Shown piece after piece: positions 50,140 through 59,306 of a stretch of DNA of 64,000 nt. Below the pieces are notes generated by a model. The model was not told where the DNA came from, did no database searches, and saw only the letters and a list, made by a program, of their open reading frames with translations. Every line of letters starts with the position of its first letter. The stretch's first letter is position 1. Location: assembly GCA_017633255.1 (NCBI GenBank), contig JAGBPS010000024.1:80592-144591 (forward strand), in the 5' to 3' direction. This DNA comes from Bacteroidales bacterium. GTDB taxonomy: Bacteria > Bacteroidota > Bacteroidia > Bacteroidales > WCHB1-69. The position numbers were made by a program, and so were the translations under genes.

Positions 50140-51894
50140 ATGAAAAAAATATTTGTTTGCTTACTAATTGCTTCTTTATCAGTATTTTGCAATTTATCGG
50201 CTTTCGCCCAGAACCCGAGCTACCAGCAGAATAGCAGCAAGATGATGCAGATGCTGCAGGCTATCAACAACATGTATGTCGATACTGTCAACTTCGAACC
50301 GCTGGTGGAAAAGAGCATCGTGGAGATGCTGAAAGAACTGGATCCCCACTCCGTCTATATCCCCAAAAAGGAAGTGCAACAGACCAACGAGCCGCTGGAA
50401 GGCAAGTTCGACGGCATCGGTGTGACTTTCCAGCTGATCAAAGATACCATCAACGTGATGGAAGTGATTCCTGACGGTCCATCAGACAAGGTGGGACTGC
50501 GTGCCGGTGACAAAATCGTAAGGGTGGACACCGCAATTGCCTGCGGCAAGCACGTCAACAACAAATGGGTGCAGAGCCACTTGCGCGGTGTGAAAGGCAC
50601 CAAGGTTGTGGTCGGCGTAAAACGTGGCCGCAACCCCGAAATACTCGAATTCACCATCACCCGTGACAAAATCCCCATGAACAGCGTGAACGTTTCTTTC
50701 ATGGTGGACGACAAAACCGGCTATATCAAACTCGACCGCTTCGCCATGACCTCGCCTAACGAGGTGCATACCGCCCTGACCAAGCTCAATGCCCGCGGAA
50801 TGAAGAACCTCATCCTTGACTTGCGCGGCAACGGCGGTGGCTACCTAGACGTGGCTTTCAAGATTTCCAACATCTTCCTCGGCGCCGACCAGATGATTGT
50901 CTATACCGACAACTTCAGAAAAACCGGCCAGCAGTTCAAGTCTGACGGCAAAGGCGAATTCCAGAAAGGCAAACTGATTGTGCTGGTGGACGAGGGTTCT
51001 GCCTCCGCTTCCGAAATCGTTTCCGGCTGTATTCAGGACTGGGACCGCGGTCTGGTGGTAGGTCGCCGTACCTTCGGCAAGGGCTTGGTCCAGAAACCCT
51101 TATACCTCAACGACCAGTCCATGGTGCGTTTGACCATCTCGCATTACTACACCCCCACCGGCCGTTGCATCCAGAAACCTTACTCCGACGGTGTGGAAAG
51201 CTATCTGAACGACCTCAACAACCGTAGCAAACACGGCGAATACCTGACTGCCGACAGCATCAAATTCCCTGACTCTCTGAAATATACCACCCCAAGAGGC
51301 CGTGTGGTTTACGGTGGCGGCGGCATCATGCCCGACATCTTCATTCCTCTCGACACTTCCAAATACTCCACCTTCTACAACGAACTGGCCCGTAAAGGCA
51401 TTTTCGGTGGTTTCACCATGGATTACATGGAAACCCATCGTGAGGAAATGAAGGCCAAATACCCCACTTTCGAAGACTATAAGCAGAATTTCAACATCGA
51501 TGACAAATTGTATGATGAATTCATTCAATATGCTAAGAAAGAAGGAGTTACCGACAGCCTGAAATTTGTGTTCTCCTCCTATCTGCAGGGCTTTGTCAAG
51601 GAAAACAAGGGCAAACTCGACTCCCTATACAGCAAAAGCTTCGACAACAAAGCCGAATTTGACCAGATGTTGAGTGAATACATCCAGAAGCAGCAGAAAG
51701 AGGCGATGCGCCTGAAAAACCTCAACAAGGCGCCCGAATACATCAAGGAATACTTGAAATTTGAAATCGCCCGTACCCTTTACAGCTACGGCGAGGCCTA
51801 CCAGGTGTTCCTGACCAGTGACGATACTTTCCTGCAAGCGGTTGACATCATGAAAGACAACAAAATCTTCAAGAAATTCAAAGTCAACGACTGA
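50140..51894 (+). CDS. S41 family C-terminal processing peptidase with PDZ domain
   Basis: Start trimmed to MKKIFVCLLIASLSVFCNLSAFAQ (signal peptide). PDZ (GLRAGDKIVRVD), S41 catalytic context LVDEGSASASEIVSG and downstream GKGLVQ. The stop overlaps the dnaG ATG (TGATG). Confidence 0.88.
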   Translation: MKKIFVCLLIASLSVFCNLSAFAQNPSYQQNSSKMMQMLQAINNMYVDTVNFEPLVEKSIVEMLKELDPHSVYIPKKEVQQTNEPLEGKFDGIGVTFQLIKDTINVMEVIPDGPSDKVGLRAGDKIVRVDTAIACGKHVNNKWVQSHLRGVKGTKVVVGVKRGRNPEILEFTITRDKIPMNSVNVSFMVDDKTGYIKLDRFAMTSPNEVHTALTKLNARGMKNLILDLRGNGGGYLDVAFKISNIFLGADQMIVYTDNFRKTGQQFKSDGKGEFQKGKLIVLVDEGSASASEIVSGCIQDWDRGLVVGRRTFGKGLVQKPLYLNDQSMVRLTISHYYTPTGRCIQKPYSDGVESYLNDLNNRSKHGEYLTADSIKFPDSLKYTTPRGRVVYGGGGIMPDIFIPLDTSKYSTFYNELARKGIFGGFTMDYMETHREEMKAKYPTFEDYKQNFNIDDKLYDEFIQYAKKEGVTDSLKFVFSSYLQGFVKENKGKLDSLYSKSFDNKAEFDQMLSEYIQKQQKEAMRLKNLNKAPEYIKEYLKFEIARTLYSYGEAYQVFLTSDDTFLQAVDIMKDNKIFKKFKVND

Positions 51895-53876
51895 TGATCT
51901 CGAAGGAAACTATTGATGAAATATATGCCGCCGCCCAGATTGAAGAGGTGGTCGCCGATTTTGTACCGCTGAAACGCCGCGGACAGAACTGGGTGGGCGT
52001 GTGTCCGTTTCACAATGACAAAAACCCTTCGATGTATGTCAGCCCCCGCTTGGGCATCTTCAACTGCTTTGTATGCCACACGGGCGGCAATGCCGTCAAC
52101 TTTGTGATGAAACACGAGCAGATTTCCTATCCCGAGGCATTGCGCTATCTGGCCAAAAAATACGGCATCAACATTGTGGAGGATGCCCGCTCGGAAGACC
52201 TGACAGATGAGGAAAAACTGAAAGAGAGTTTGCTGGCGGTGAACAAGTTCGCGGAACAATACTTTATTGATCAGCTACTTAATACCGAAGAAGGACAGAC
52301 CATAGGATTGTCGTATTTCAAGGAAAGAGGCTTCACGCAGCAAACCATTGAGAAGTTCAGACTGGGTTATTGCCCCGATGGTTGGGACAAATTCACCCAG
52401 GAAGCCCTGAAAAACGGCTACCAGCTGGAGCACCTGATCATGACGGGACTGACCAAACAGTCGGAAAGCGGCAAAATTTTTGACTTTTACCGCGGGCGTG
52501 TCATCTTTCCCATCTACGACAAATTGGGCAAGCCTGTGGGTTTTGGCGGCCGTATTCTGAAAAAAGACGAAAAAACCGCCAAGTATTTCAATTCGCCGGA
52601 AAGCCCTATCTATCATAAAAGTAATGTATTGTACGGCTTCTACCAGGCCCAGCGGGCAATCAAGTCGCAGGACAATGTCTATCTGGTGGAAGGCTATACT
52701 GATGTGCTGTCGATGGTGCAGGCCGGCATCGAGAATGTGGTGGCCACCTCGGGTACCGCTTTCCCCGATGGCCAAATCCGCCTGCTGAAGTCCAAAACCA
52801 ACAATGTCACCGTGTTGCGTGACGGCGACAAAGCCGGCATCAACGCCGCCCTCAAGGACATCAACATCCTCTTGGGCAACGGCTTCAACGTGAGCGTGGT
52901 GATGCTGCCCGACGGCGAAGACCCCGACTCTTTCGCCCAGGGTCACAGAGACTCGGAGATTACCGATTATCTGAAAGACAATGCCGACAGCTTTATCCTG
53001 TTCAAGGCCAGGGTGATGGCCGCGGAGGCCGGCAACGACCCCGCCAAGCGCGCCGCCATGGTGAAAGACATCATCCAGTCTATCGCCCTGATTCAGGATG
53101 ATATCACCAAACAACTCTATATCAAAGAGTTGTCAAAAGTTTTCAATCTTGAAGAGAAGTTTCTGACGGCTGAACTGCGGAAAAATATCGTCAAGAATAT
53201 CAAGGACATCGCCAAAAAAGAAAGCGACCAGGATATCAACATCCACACCAAGCCCGAAGAGAACGTATCATCCAACGATACTACCATAACTGACACTGAT
53301 TCGCTGGCGAGTATCGAGAAGAAAATCATCCTGCTTCTGCTCAATTATGGTGCTTACGAGATTGACGCTGAGATTCCCGATGAGAATGGAAATATTATCT
53401 GTCAAAGCATTAGGCTGGACCAGTATATTTTCAACGACTTCACAGAAGAGGGGCTTTCTTTCCAGCAGCCTTTGTTCCAGAAAATTTTTGAGGAATACGC
53501 CGTGATTGCGGAAAAATCTTCTGACCAGGACGATATCAAAAAAGCCTTTGTCAATCATGAAGATGCTGAAATACAACAGTTTGCTTTGGAGCATCTGATG
53601 AAAGAGGAGATTGAAATCAGTCCCGAATGGCAAAGACGCTTTGAGGTCAGCACCGACCATGTGAACAACAGTAGCTACAAGCTGAACGAGGAAGTTTACA
53701 AGAGCGTGCTGATGTTCAAATACCGCTTTATCGAGCAGTTTCTGGACTTTCTGATGAGTGAAATCAAGAAGAATCCCGCAGAGAATATTCTTGACAACCT
53801 TCTCAGAAAATGCGACATTCTGAACAGACGGAAAGCGGAGATTGGAAAATTGATGGATATGGTCATCGCAAAGTAA
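51894..53876 (+). CDS. dnaG: DNA primase
   Basis: 660 aa. Zinc ribbon CPFHNDKNPSMYVSPRLGIFNCFVCHTGG, RNA polymerase core, TOPRIM (VYLVEGYTDVLS, LRDGDKAG). Confidence 0.93.
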   Translation: MISKETIDEIYAAAQIEEVVADFVPLKRRGQNWVGVCPFHNDKNPSMYVSPRLGIFNCFVCHTGGNAVNFVMKHEQISYPEALRYLAKKYGINIVEDARSEDLTDEEKLKESLLAVNKFAEQYFIDQLLNTEEGQTIGLSYFKERGFTQQTIEKFRLGYCPDGWDKFTQEALKNGYQLEHLIMTGLTKQSESGKIFDFYRGRVIFPIYDKLGKPVGFGGRILKKDEKTAKYFNSPESPIYHKSNVLYGFYQAQRAIKSQDNVYLVEGYTDVLSMVQAGIENVVATSGTAFPDGQIRLLKSKTNNVTVLRDGDKAGINAALKDINILLGNGFNVSVVMLPDGEDPDSFAQGHRDSEITDYLKDNADSFILFKARVMAAEAGNDPAKRAAMVKDIIQSIALIQDDITKQLYIKELSKVFNLEEKFLTAELRKNIVKNIKDIAKKESDQDINIHTKPEENVSSNDTTITDTDSLASIEKKIILLLLNYGAYEIDAEIPDENGNIICQSIRLDQYIFNDFTEEGLSFQQPLFQKIFEEYAVIAEKSSDQDDIKKAFVNHEDAEIQQFALEHLMKEEIEISPEWQRRFEVSTDHVNNSSYKLNEEVYKSVLMFKYRFIEQFLDFLMSEIKKNPAENILDNLLRKCDILNRRKAEIGKLMDMVIAK

Positions 53877-53880
53877 AATA

Positions 53881-54024
53881 ACGTGGAGGCGTGAAGGCGT
53901 GGAGACGTGGAGACATGGAGGCGGTATCGTCTCCACGAGTGAACGAAGTGAACGACTTAACGAACGAACGTAGTGAGCGTCTCCACGAGCGAGCGAAGCG
54001 AGTGACTACACGCCTTAACGTATA
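53881..54024. repeat. Dispersed intergenic hairpin element, family B (copy B4)
   Basis: ACGTGGAGGCGTGAAGGCGTGGAGACGTGGAGACATGG..CGTCTCCACGAGTGAACGAAGTGAACGACTTAACGAACGAACG..CGTCTCCACGAGCGAGCGAAGCGAGTG..CGCCTTAACGTATA. Inverted repeat GTGGAGAC/GTCTCCAC. Confidence 0.75.
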
Positions 54025-54034
54025 AACAAAAAAT

Positions 54035-55387
54035 ATGGAATCAACAAACAACAACCGCGGTTTTTCCTCCAATCTAGGGGCCATCTTAGCCGCTACCGGT
54101 GGAGCCATCGGCTTAGGTAACATCTGGCGTTTTCCCTATACTGTAGGCGAAAATGGCGGTGGTGCCTTTATCCTCCTATACATCGCTTTTGTCTTTTTGT
54201 TAGGAGTTCCCGTCATGATGAGTGAGATTATCATTGGACGTCGCTCACAGAAAAATGTGATAGGTGCCTTCAGAACACTGGCTCCCCAACACAAGGGATG
54301 GATAAGCATGGGGGTACTCAGTCTTGTGGCGGCCTTGGTGATATACGCTTTTTACAGTGTGGTGGCCGGTTGGACACTCAACTATATCGTATTGTCGAGC
54401 AGCGGTCAGCTCATCGGCAAAATGCCCGCCGAAATCAGCCAGATATTTGCCGACTTCACCCATGGTTCCTTCTGGCCGCTGTTTTACCAATTTATTTTCT
54501 TGTGTTTAACTGCCGGCATCATCATTTTAGGGGTGCAGAAAGGCATTGAAAAATATACCAAAATACTGATGCCCATTCTGTTGGTATTGATGATATTGAT
54601 GTGCATCCGCTCATTGACGCTGGACGGTGCCCGTCAGGGTATTGATTTTCTCTTTAAGCCCGATTTCAGCAAGATCACTGGAAATTCGATACTTGAAGCC
54701 TTGGGCCAAGCACTATTCTCTCTTAGCATCGGCATGGGGGCACTCATCACTTACGGCTCTTACATTCAGAAACAAGACAACCTCTTCACCACCAGCCTAT
54801 GGATAGCCGGTGCCGACACCTTTATTGCCATCTTGTCCGGAGTAGCTATTTTCCCAGCCGTTTTCGCCTTTGGTTTAAGCCCTGCCTCTGGTCCGAGTTT
54901 GGTGTACGAAGTGCTGCCCAACGTGTTCAACAGCATGCCTGGAGGCACCATTTTCGCCGTCGGCTTCTTTGTGCTGCTGACCATCGCCGCCCTCACCTCC
55001 ACCATCTCGCTATTGGAAGTCCCGGTGCTTTGGGCTGTCGAGGAATTGCATTGGGGTCGCCGCAAAGCCGCCCTTCTTATCTCACTGTTAGTCTTTATCA
55101 TAGGCGCTTTTTGTGCCCTCTCATTTGGGCCACTGAATCATGTTACAATATTCGGACTCACCATCTTCGGACTCTGTGACCACCTTACAGCCATCTATAT
55201 GATGCCTATCGGAGCCCTGCTGTTCACTCTCTTCATCGGCTGGTACCTGCCCAAAGCGGATGTGTATGATGAGCTGTCCAACAGCGGCCAGCTCAAAGCT
55301 CGCTATTTCAAGATTTACTATTTCATTGTCAAATACATCGCACCCTTGGCCTTGCTCAACATCCTGATTGCCGGTATACTCTCATAA
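54035..55387 (+). CDS. Sodium-dependent transporter, neurotransmitter:sodium symporter (SNF/NSS) family
   Basis: 450 aa polytopic protein. N-terminal signature GGAIGLGNIWRFPY plus GGGAFILLY. Confidence 0.88.
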   Translation: MESTNNNRGFSSNLGAILAATGGAIGLGNIWRFPYTVGENGGGAFILLYIAFVFLLGVPVMMSEIIIGRRSQKNVIGAFRTLAPQHKGWISMGVLSLVAALVIYAFYSVVAGWTLNYIVLSSSGQLIGKMPAEISQIFADFTHGSFWPLFYQFIFLCLTAGIIILGVQKGIEKYTKILMPILLVLMILMCIRSLTLDGARQGIDFLFKPDFSKITGNSILEALGQALFSLSIGMGALITYGSYIQKQDNLFTTSLWIAGADTFIAILSGVAIFPAVFAFGLSPASGPSLVYEVLPNVFNSMPGGTIFAVGFFVLLTIAALTSTISLLEVPVLWAVEELHWGRRKAALLISLLVFIIGAFCALSFGPLNHVTIFGLTIFGLCDHLTAIYMMPIGALLFTLFIGWYLPKADVYDELSNSGQLKARYFKIYYFIVKYIAPLALLNILIAGILS

Positions 55388-55463
55388 AGTGCTAGGCTCT
55401 CCAGCGGACGCACGCAGTGCGTCCCTACTAACCCCTAATCCCTAAAACCTAACCCCTAAAATA

Positions 55464-56045
55464 ATGACCCCAACCCAAAAAATCAGCCTGAAACCCGGCA
55501 ACATGCTCAATCCCACCCCAGTGGTGATGGTCAGCTGTGGCGAAACCCCCGACGAGTACAACATCATCACGGTGGCGTGGACCGGCACACTTTGCTCCGA
55601 CCCTCCCATGTGCTATATCTCTGTGCGCCCTGAAAGACATTCGTACCCGATTCTAAAGGAGCGGAAGCAATTTGTCATCAACCTGGTAAATGAGCAACTG
55701 GCGGCGGTAACGGACTGGTGCGGGGTGCGTTCGGGTAAGAAATACAATAAATTTCTGGAGACCAACCTCACACCGGTGCGAGGCAGTGTGGTAAAAGCCC
55801 CCATGATTTACGAGTCACCGGTGAATCTGGAATGCGAAGTGACAGAAATTGTGCCCCTGGGCACACACGACATGTTCATAGCCAAGGTAGTGGCTGTGCA
55901 TGCCGACCCCCGCTATATGGACAAAAAAACGGGTGCGCTGGACCTCAAACGCGCCAACCTGGTGGCCTATTCCCACGGGCAATATTACACCTTGGGCAAA
56001 ATCCTTGGCAAATTCGGTTTTTCCGTGGAAAAGAAGAAAAAATAA
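55464..56045 (+). CDS. Flavin reductase-like (FMN-binding split-barrel) family protein
   Basis: 193 aa. PTPVVMVSCGE..NIITVAWTG...SVRPERHSY..I......FVINL pattern typical of the Flavin_Reduct domain. Confidence 0.75.
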   Translation: MTPTQKISLKPGNMLNPTPVVMVSCGETPDEYNIITVAWTGTLCSDPPMCYISVRPERHSYPILKERKQFVINLVNEQLAAVTDWCGVRSGKKYNKFLETNLTPVRGSVVKAPMIYESPVNLECEVTEIVPLGTHDMFIAKVVAVHADPRYMDKKTGALDLKRANLVAYSHGQYYTLGKILGKFGFSVEKKKK

Positions 56046-56133
56046 CCCTTAAAAAAGAGAGTTACCGCTTGACCCACAAAAAAACAGGGGCAGAATAATT
56101 CCACCCCTGTTACATGCCGGATAAATCCGGATT

Positions 56134-57237
56134 TTATTCCACATCGGCACGTGCCATAGCATCCTTGTAGTATTTCTGGTTGACGAATACGTCTTCCTTG
56201 TAAGGATTGATATGACGTTTCTTGGAGACAGCGATGATGTAGCCAAGAGCGATGATGTTCACTACCAGTGCAAGTCCGCTAATCACCATCATCATAGTGG
56301 GATTAGCTGCCACAACAGAAGGATCTACGGTAGTGCCCACAATGCCGTCAACTGCGGCCTGTCCGCCGGCAGCGAACAGTTGCTCAACGGTAGCGACACC
56401 TTCGGGATAGAGAACGGGAAGCGTAGCCCAGCTGAACCACTGCTGACCGTCTTTGAAAGTTTCCTGGAAGAGCGGGAATACCTGTGCGAACATACACCAG
56501 ATAGCCAAGGTATTGGCACGATTCTGAATCCAGCCACCACGGTTCCACAGCAGAGCTGCTACGGTAGGAGCCAGCAACAGGGCAACACCACAATACCAGC
56601 TGTGAGTCGGCAAGCAGTTGTAAGTGTAAGCGAAGTTCCAGATGTCATAGATAACGATATACACCCAGGTCATGTCGGCCCAGATCATATCTTTCTTATC
56701 CTTGGAAGCATACACATTCCACCAAGCGGTCATACAGAAAATGTTGAGTAAACCGGCCACGCCGTTCATCACGTTGTGCCAGCCACCATACTGCCATACG
56801 CCTTCTGAGGTAAGCCACCACTTGTTCCATCCCATCACGGCACTCTCGAAGTCGGAAACGCATGCTATCAGAATGTTGATGGCCACGATAATAAACGGGA
56901 ATGGCTTAAACCAATGTTTGGCACCGATGCCCCATTTGTACTTGATCATCATGAAGCCGATACATCCGGCTGTAGCCGCATAAAGCTTGGCATAGTGGAA
57001 CCAGCCTTGCATATAGACGTGAGTCTGGTTTTCCAGTGCCCACTGCGCACCATTCCTGACACCAATCCAGATGGCGAGGAAATAAACAGTAAGAACCAAA
57101 GGAATGGCCAGAAAAGTAATGATGCCGCCGAATTTGGTACGGCGAGCGAACTCGTTGAACAGGATAAGGCCTACGAGAACGACGAGTAGCATTCCCCATT
57201 GGGCCAGCGCGTTAGCGCCATAAACTTGAAAAAACAT
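56134..57237 (-). CDS. Trp-rich polytopic membrane protein of unknown function
   Basis: 367 aa, about 9-10 hydrophobic segments, unusually rich in Trp. No transporter signature recognised (the NiCoT HX4DH motif is absent). Last gene of the minus-strand hyp-containing cluster. Confidence 0.6.
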   Translation of the reverse strand: MFFQVYGANALAQWGMLLVVLVGLILFNEFARRTKFGGIITFLAIPLVLTVYFLAIWIGVRNGAQWALENQTHVYMQGWFHYAKLYAATAGCIGFMMIKYKWGIGAKHWFKPFPFIIVAINILIACVSDFESAVMGWNKWWLTSEGVWQYGGWHNVMNGVAGLLNIFCMTAWWNVYASKDKKDMIWADMTWVYIVIYDIWNFAYTYNCLPTHSWYCGVALLLAPTVAALLWNRGGWIQNRANTLAIWCMFAQVFPLFQETFKDGQQWFSWATLPVLYPEGVATVEQLFAAGGQAAVDGIVGTTVDPSVVAANPTMMMVISGLALVVNIIALGYIIAVSKKRHINPYKEDVFVNQKYYKDAMARADVE

Positions 57238-57256
57238 AATATATAAATTTAAAGGT

Positions 57257-57523
57257 TGTTATTGAGCTGCGCTGTTAGTGATTTCATGTTAGTGACTTCG
57301 TGTTAATGAGCTTCGCTGTTGGTGATTTCATGTTGGTGAGCTTCGCTGTTAAGGAGCTTCGCTGTTAATGATTTCATGTTAGTGAGCTTCGCTGTTAGTG
57401 ACTTCGTGTTTACAACATTTACTCACCAACATTCACTCATTAACATTTACTTTATAACATTTACTCATTAACACGAAGTCATCAACATTTACTCAATAAC
57501 ATTTACTCACCAACATTTACTTC
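57257..57523. repeat. Composite short-unit array, family C (copy C1)
   Basis: Ten direct 14/16-nt units TGTT[AG][AG]TGA + TTTCA / CTTCG / GCTTCGC (57257-57410), a junction TGTTTACAAC, then eight 14-nt units AACATTTACTCAYY that are partly their reverse complement. The element sits between two cistrons. Confidence 0.85.
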
Positions 57524-57856
57524 CCGCACTGTTTTGCGTTCCTTCCGCAGGGCGTAGATGGCCCATGCCGCTGTCAGCACCAACGCCATGGGAACACCCA
57601 CGGTGAGCATCTCACGGAGCATAATTTGGAAGCCTCCTTCCGCATTCAGTGCCGTGAAAAAAGGAAAACTCAAGCTGAGCTCCCCATTGATGGCATGGTC
57701 CACCATAAGCATCAGCGAACCACCCCACAGCATCTTCTCCAATGCGGGAACATGCCGTTTGAGAGCGGATTCGGATTTTTCCAAGGATTCTTTATTGATT
57801 TTGCGATAGGCGCTTGTCGCTACCGCTTCGGTTAATGGGACTAAGAAACAACACAT
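57503..57856 (-). CDS. Small hypothetical membrane protein
   Basis: 117 aa, 2-3 hydrophobic segments, no recognised motif. The last codons (..REVNVGE*) are encoded by the terminal unit of repeat C1. Confidence 0.5.
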   Translation of the reverse strand: MCCFLVPLTEAVATSAYRKINKESLEKSESALKRHVPALEKMLWGGSLMLMVDHAINGELSLSFPFFTALNAEGGFQIMLREMLTVGVPMALVLTAAWAIYALRKERKTVREVNVGE

Positions 57857-57886
57857 ATTATTCAGTTAAAAATTTAAAATTAAGAG

Positions 57887-58228
57887 TTATATGATGATAC
57901 TGTTGATTTCGACTTCGTTGCCGCGGAGCAACCAGGTGTTGCCACTGTTGCAGTGCGGGCAAGTTTTGCCGAATTTTACTGTTTCATATTCTTTTTTGCA
58001 GTTGTCGCACCATGTCACCGCAGGGATGATGTTGACTTTCATCTCACAGCCCCTGAGCATGTCTTCCTTGTCGGCCGCCCAACGCCAACAGTCAGTGAGC
58101 AGATGTGGCACCACCGTAGAAACTTCGCCGATGTCCATCACCACGGTGGAGACATGTTCCACATGGTGCTCCTCCGCCACTTGCTTGACGTCCTTGATAA
58201 TATAGAAGACAATACCTAATTCGTGCAC
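57887..58228 (-). CDS. hypA: Hydrogenase/urease nickel incorporation protein HypA
   Basis: GTG start gives an N-terminal (M)HELGIV Ni-binding MHE motif. The zinc site CDNC...CPHC lies near the C-terminus. 113 aa. The longer track ORF upstream of the GTG is spurious. Confidence 0.88.
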   Translation of the reverse strand: MHELGIVFYIIKDVKQVAEEHHVEHVSTVVMDIGEVSTVVPHLLTDCWRWAADKEDMLRGCEMKVNIIPAVTWCDNCKKEYETVKFGKTCPHCNSGNTWLLRGNEVEINSIII

Positions 58229-58256
58229 TTTGCTAGTTGAACATTGATAGTTACAG

Positions 58257-59294
58257 TTATTTTTTTCCGAAGATGATTTTTCCGGTGCGTTTGAGCATGT
58301 ACGGGAGAATGCCGCTGAATTTGTCCTCGGAAGTGCGCATGACACTGGCCTCGGGGTTGTCGCGGAAGAGATGAATGGCATCGAAGCCGCACTTGGTGGT
58401 GCAAATACCACAACCGATACAGCGGTTCTCATCGACCACCGAAGCACCACAACTCAAACAACGGGCGGTTTCAGTACGAACCTGCTCCTCGGTGAGGGTC
58501 ACCATGTATTCCTTGAACGGACTCTCTTTGGCTTCATGGCCTTCCACCTGACGGGAAGAATTGTCATAGCTTTCCACCACAATATCGTCTTTATCCAGCT
58601 CGATAAAATCACGGCGGTTACGGCCGATGATCATGTGTCCATGTTGCACATAACGGTGCAAACTCTCGGCTGCCTCTTTTCCCGCAGCGATAGCATCAAT
58701 GGCAAACTTTGGTCCTGTGAAAAAGTCACCACCCACAAAAATGTCTTCCTCCGCTGTTTGGTAGGTCAACTTGTCAGCCACAGGATAGACACCCCTGACA
58801 AACTCTACCTTGCTGTCCTTCAGCAGGTCTTTCAAAATGACAGTCTGACCAATGGCGAAGATTACCATGTCTGCATCCAATGTAATGGTTTCATTCTCGT
58901 CATATTGTGGAGAGAATCTGTGTTCTGCATCAAATACGGAGGTACATTGTTTGAAAACGATGCCAGATACCTTGTCCGTGCCGAGCACCTCTTTCGGGCC
59001 CCAGCCAGGATTGATGATTACACCGTCCTCGCGAGCCTCGCGACGTTCTTCTAAAGAAGCGGGCATAATGTCTTCGGTTTCCAACGAGAGCATCGTTACC
59101 GAAGCTGCACCACTGCGTTTGGCCACACGGGCGGCATCGATTGCCACATTGCCACCACCTACCACAACAACATTTCCTTCTACCTTCACCTTGCCGCAGT
59201 TGGCGTCGTGCAGGAAATCGATAGCAGTAGTGGTTCCTGGAAGCGTCTCACCCGTGATGCCAGGCAGCTTGCCTCCCTGGCAGCCAATGGCCAC
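58257..59294 (-). CDS. C-terminal fragment of an Fe-S/FAD oxidoreductase: NAD(P)H-binding part of a GltD-like domain plus ferredoxin domain
   Basis: 345 aa. Second Rossmann motif VVVVGGGNVAIDAARVA, FVGGDFFTGPKFAIDAIAAGKEAA, C-terminal CLSCGASVVDENRCIGCGICTTKC. It lies in the same frame as 59307..61082, separated only by TAA plus four codons. Confidence 0.8.
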   Translation of the reverse strand: MAIGCQGGKLPGITGETLPGTTTAIDFLHDANCGKVKVEGNVVVVGGGNVAIDAARVAKRSGAASVTMLSLETEDIMPASLEERREAREDGVIINPGWGPKEVLGTDKVSGIVFKQCTSVFDAEHRFSPQYDENETITLDADMVIFAIGQTVILKDLLKDSKVEFVRGVYPVADKLTYQTAEEDIFVGGDFFTGPKFAIDAIAAGKEAAESLHRYVQHGHMIIGRNRRDFIELDKDDIVVESYDNSSRQVEGHEAKESPFKEYMVTLTEEQVRTETARCLSCGASVVDENRCIGCGICTTKCGFDAIHLFRDNPEASVMRTSEDKFSGILPYMLKRTGKIIFGKK

Positions 59295-59306
59295 ATAAAA
59301 TCCCTT

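Noticed and set aside
56134-57237. Assigning the 367-aa membrane protein next to hypA as a NiCoT/HoxN nickel permease.
   Set aside because: The NiCoT signature (H-x4-D-H in TM2) and the other His-rich motifs are absent. Gene position alone does not justify the call.
57257-57523. Possible CRISPR arrays: the family C arrays (also 61101..61339) and the 22-bp array at 7545..7742.
   Set aside because: The units are 14-22 nt and directly abut each other, with no unique spacers of around 30 nt. There are no cas genes in the window, and the arrays sit between cistrons or on a promoter.
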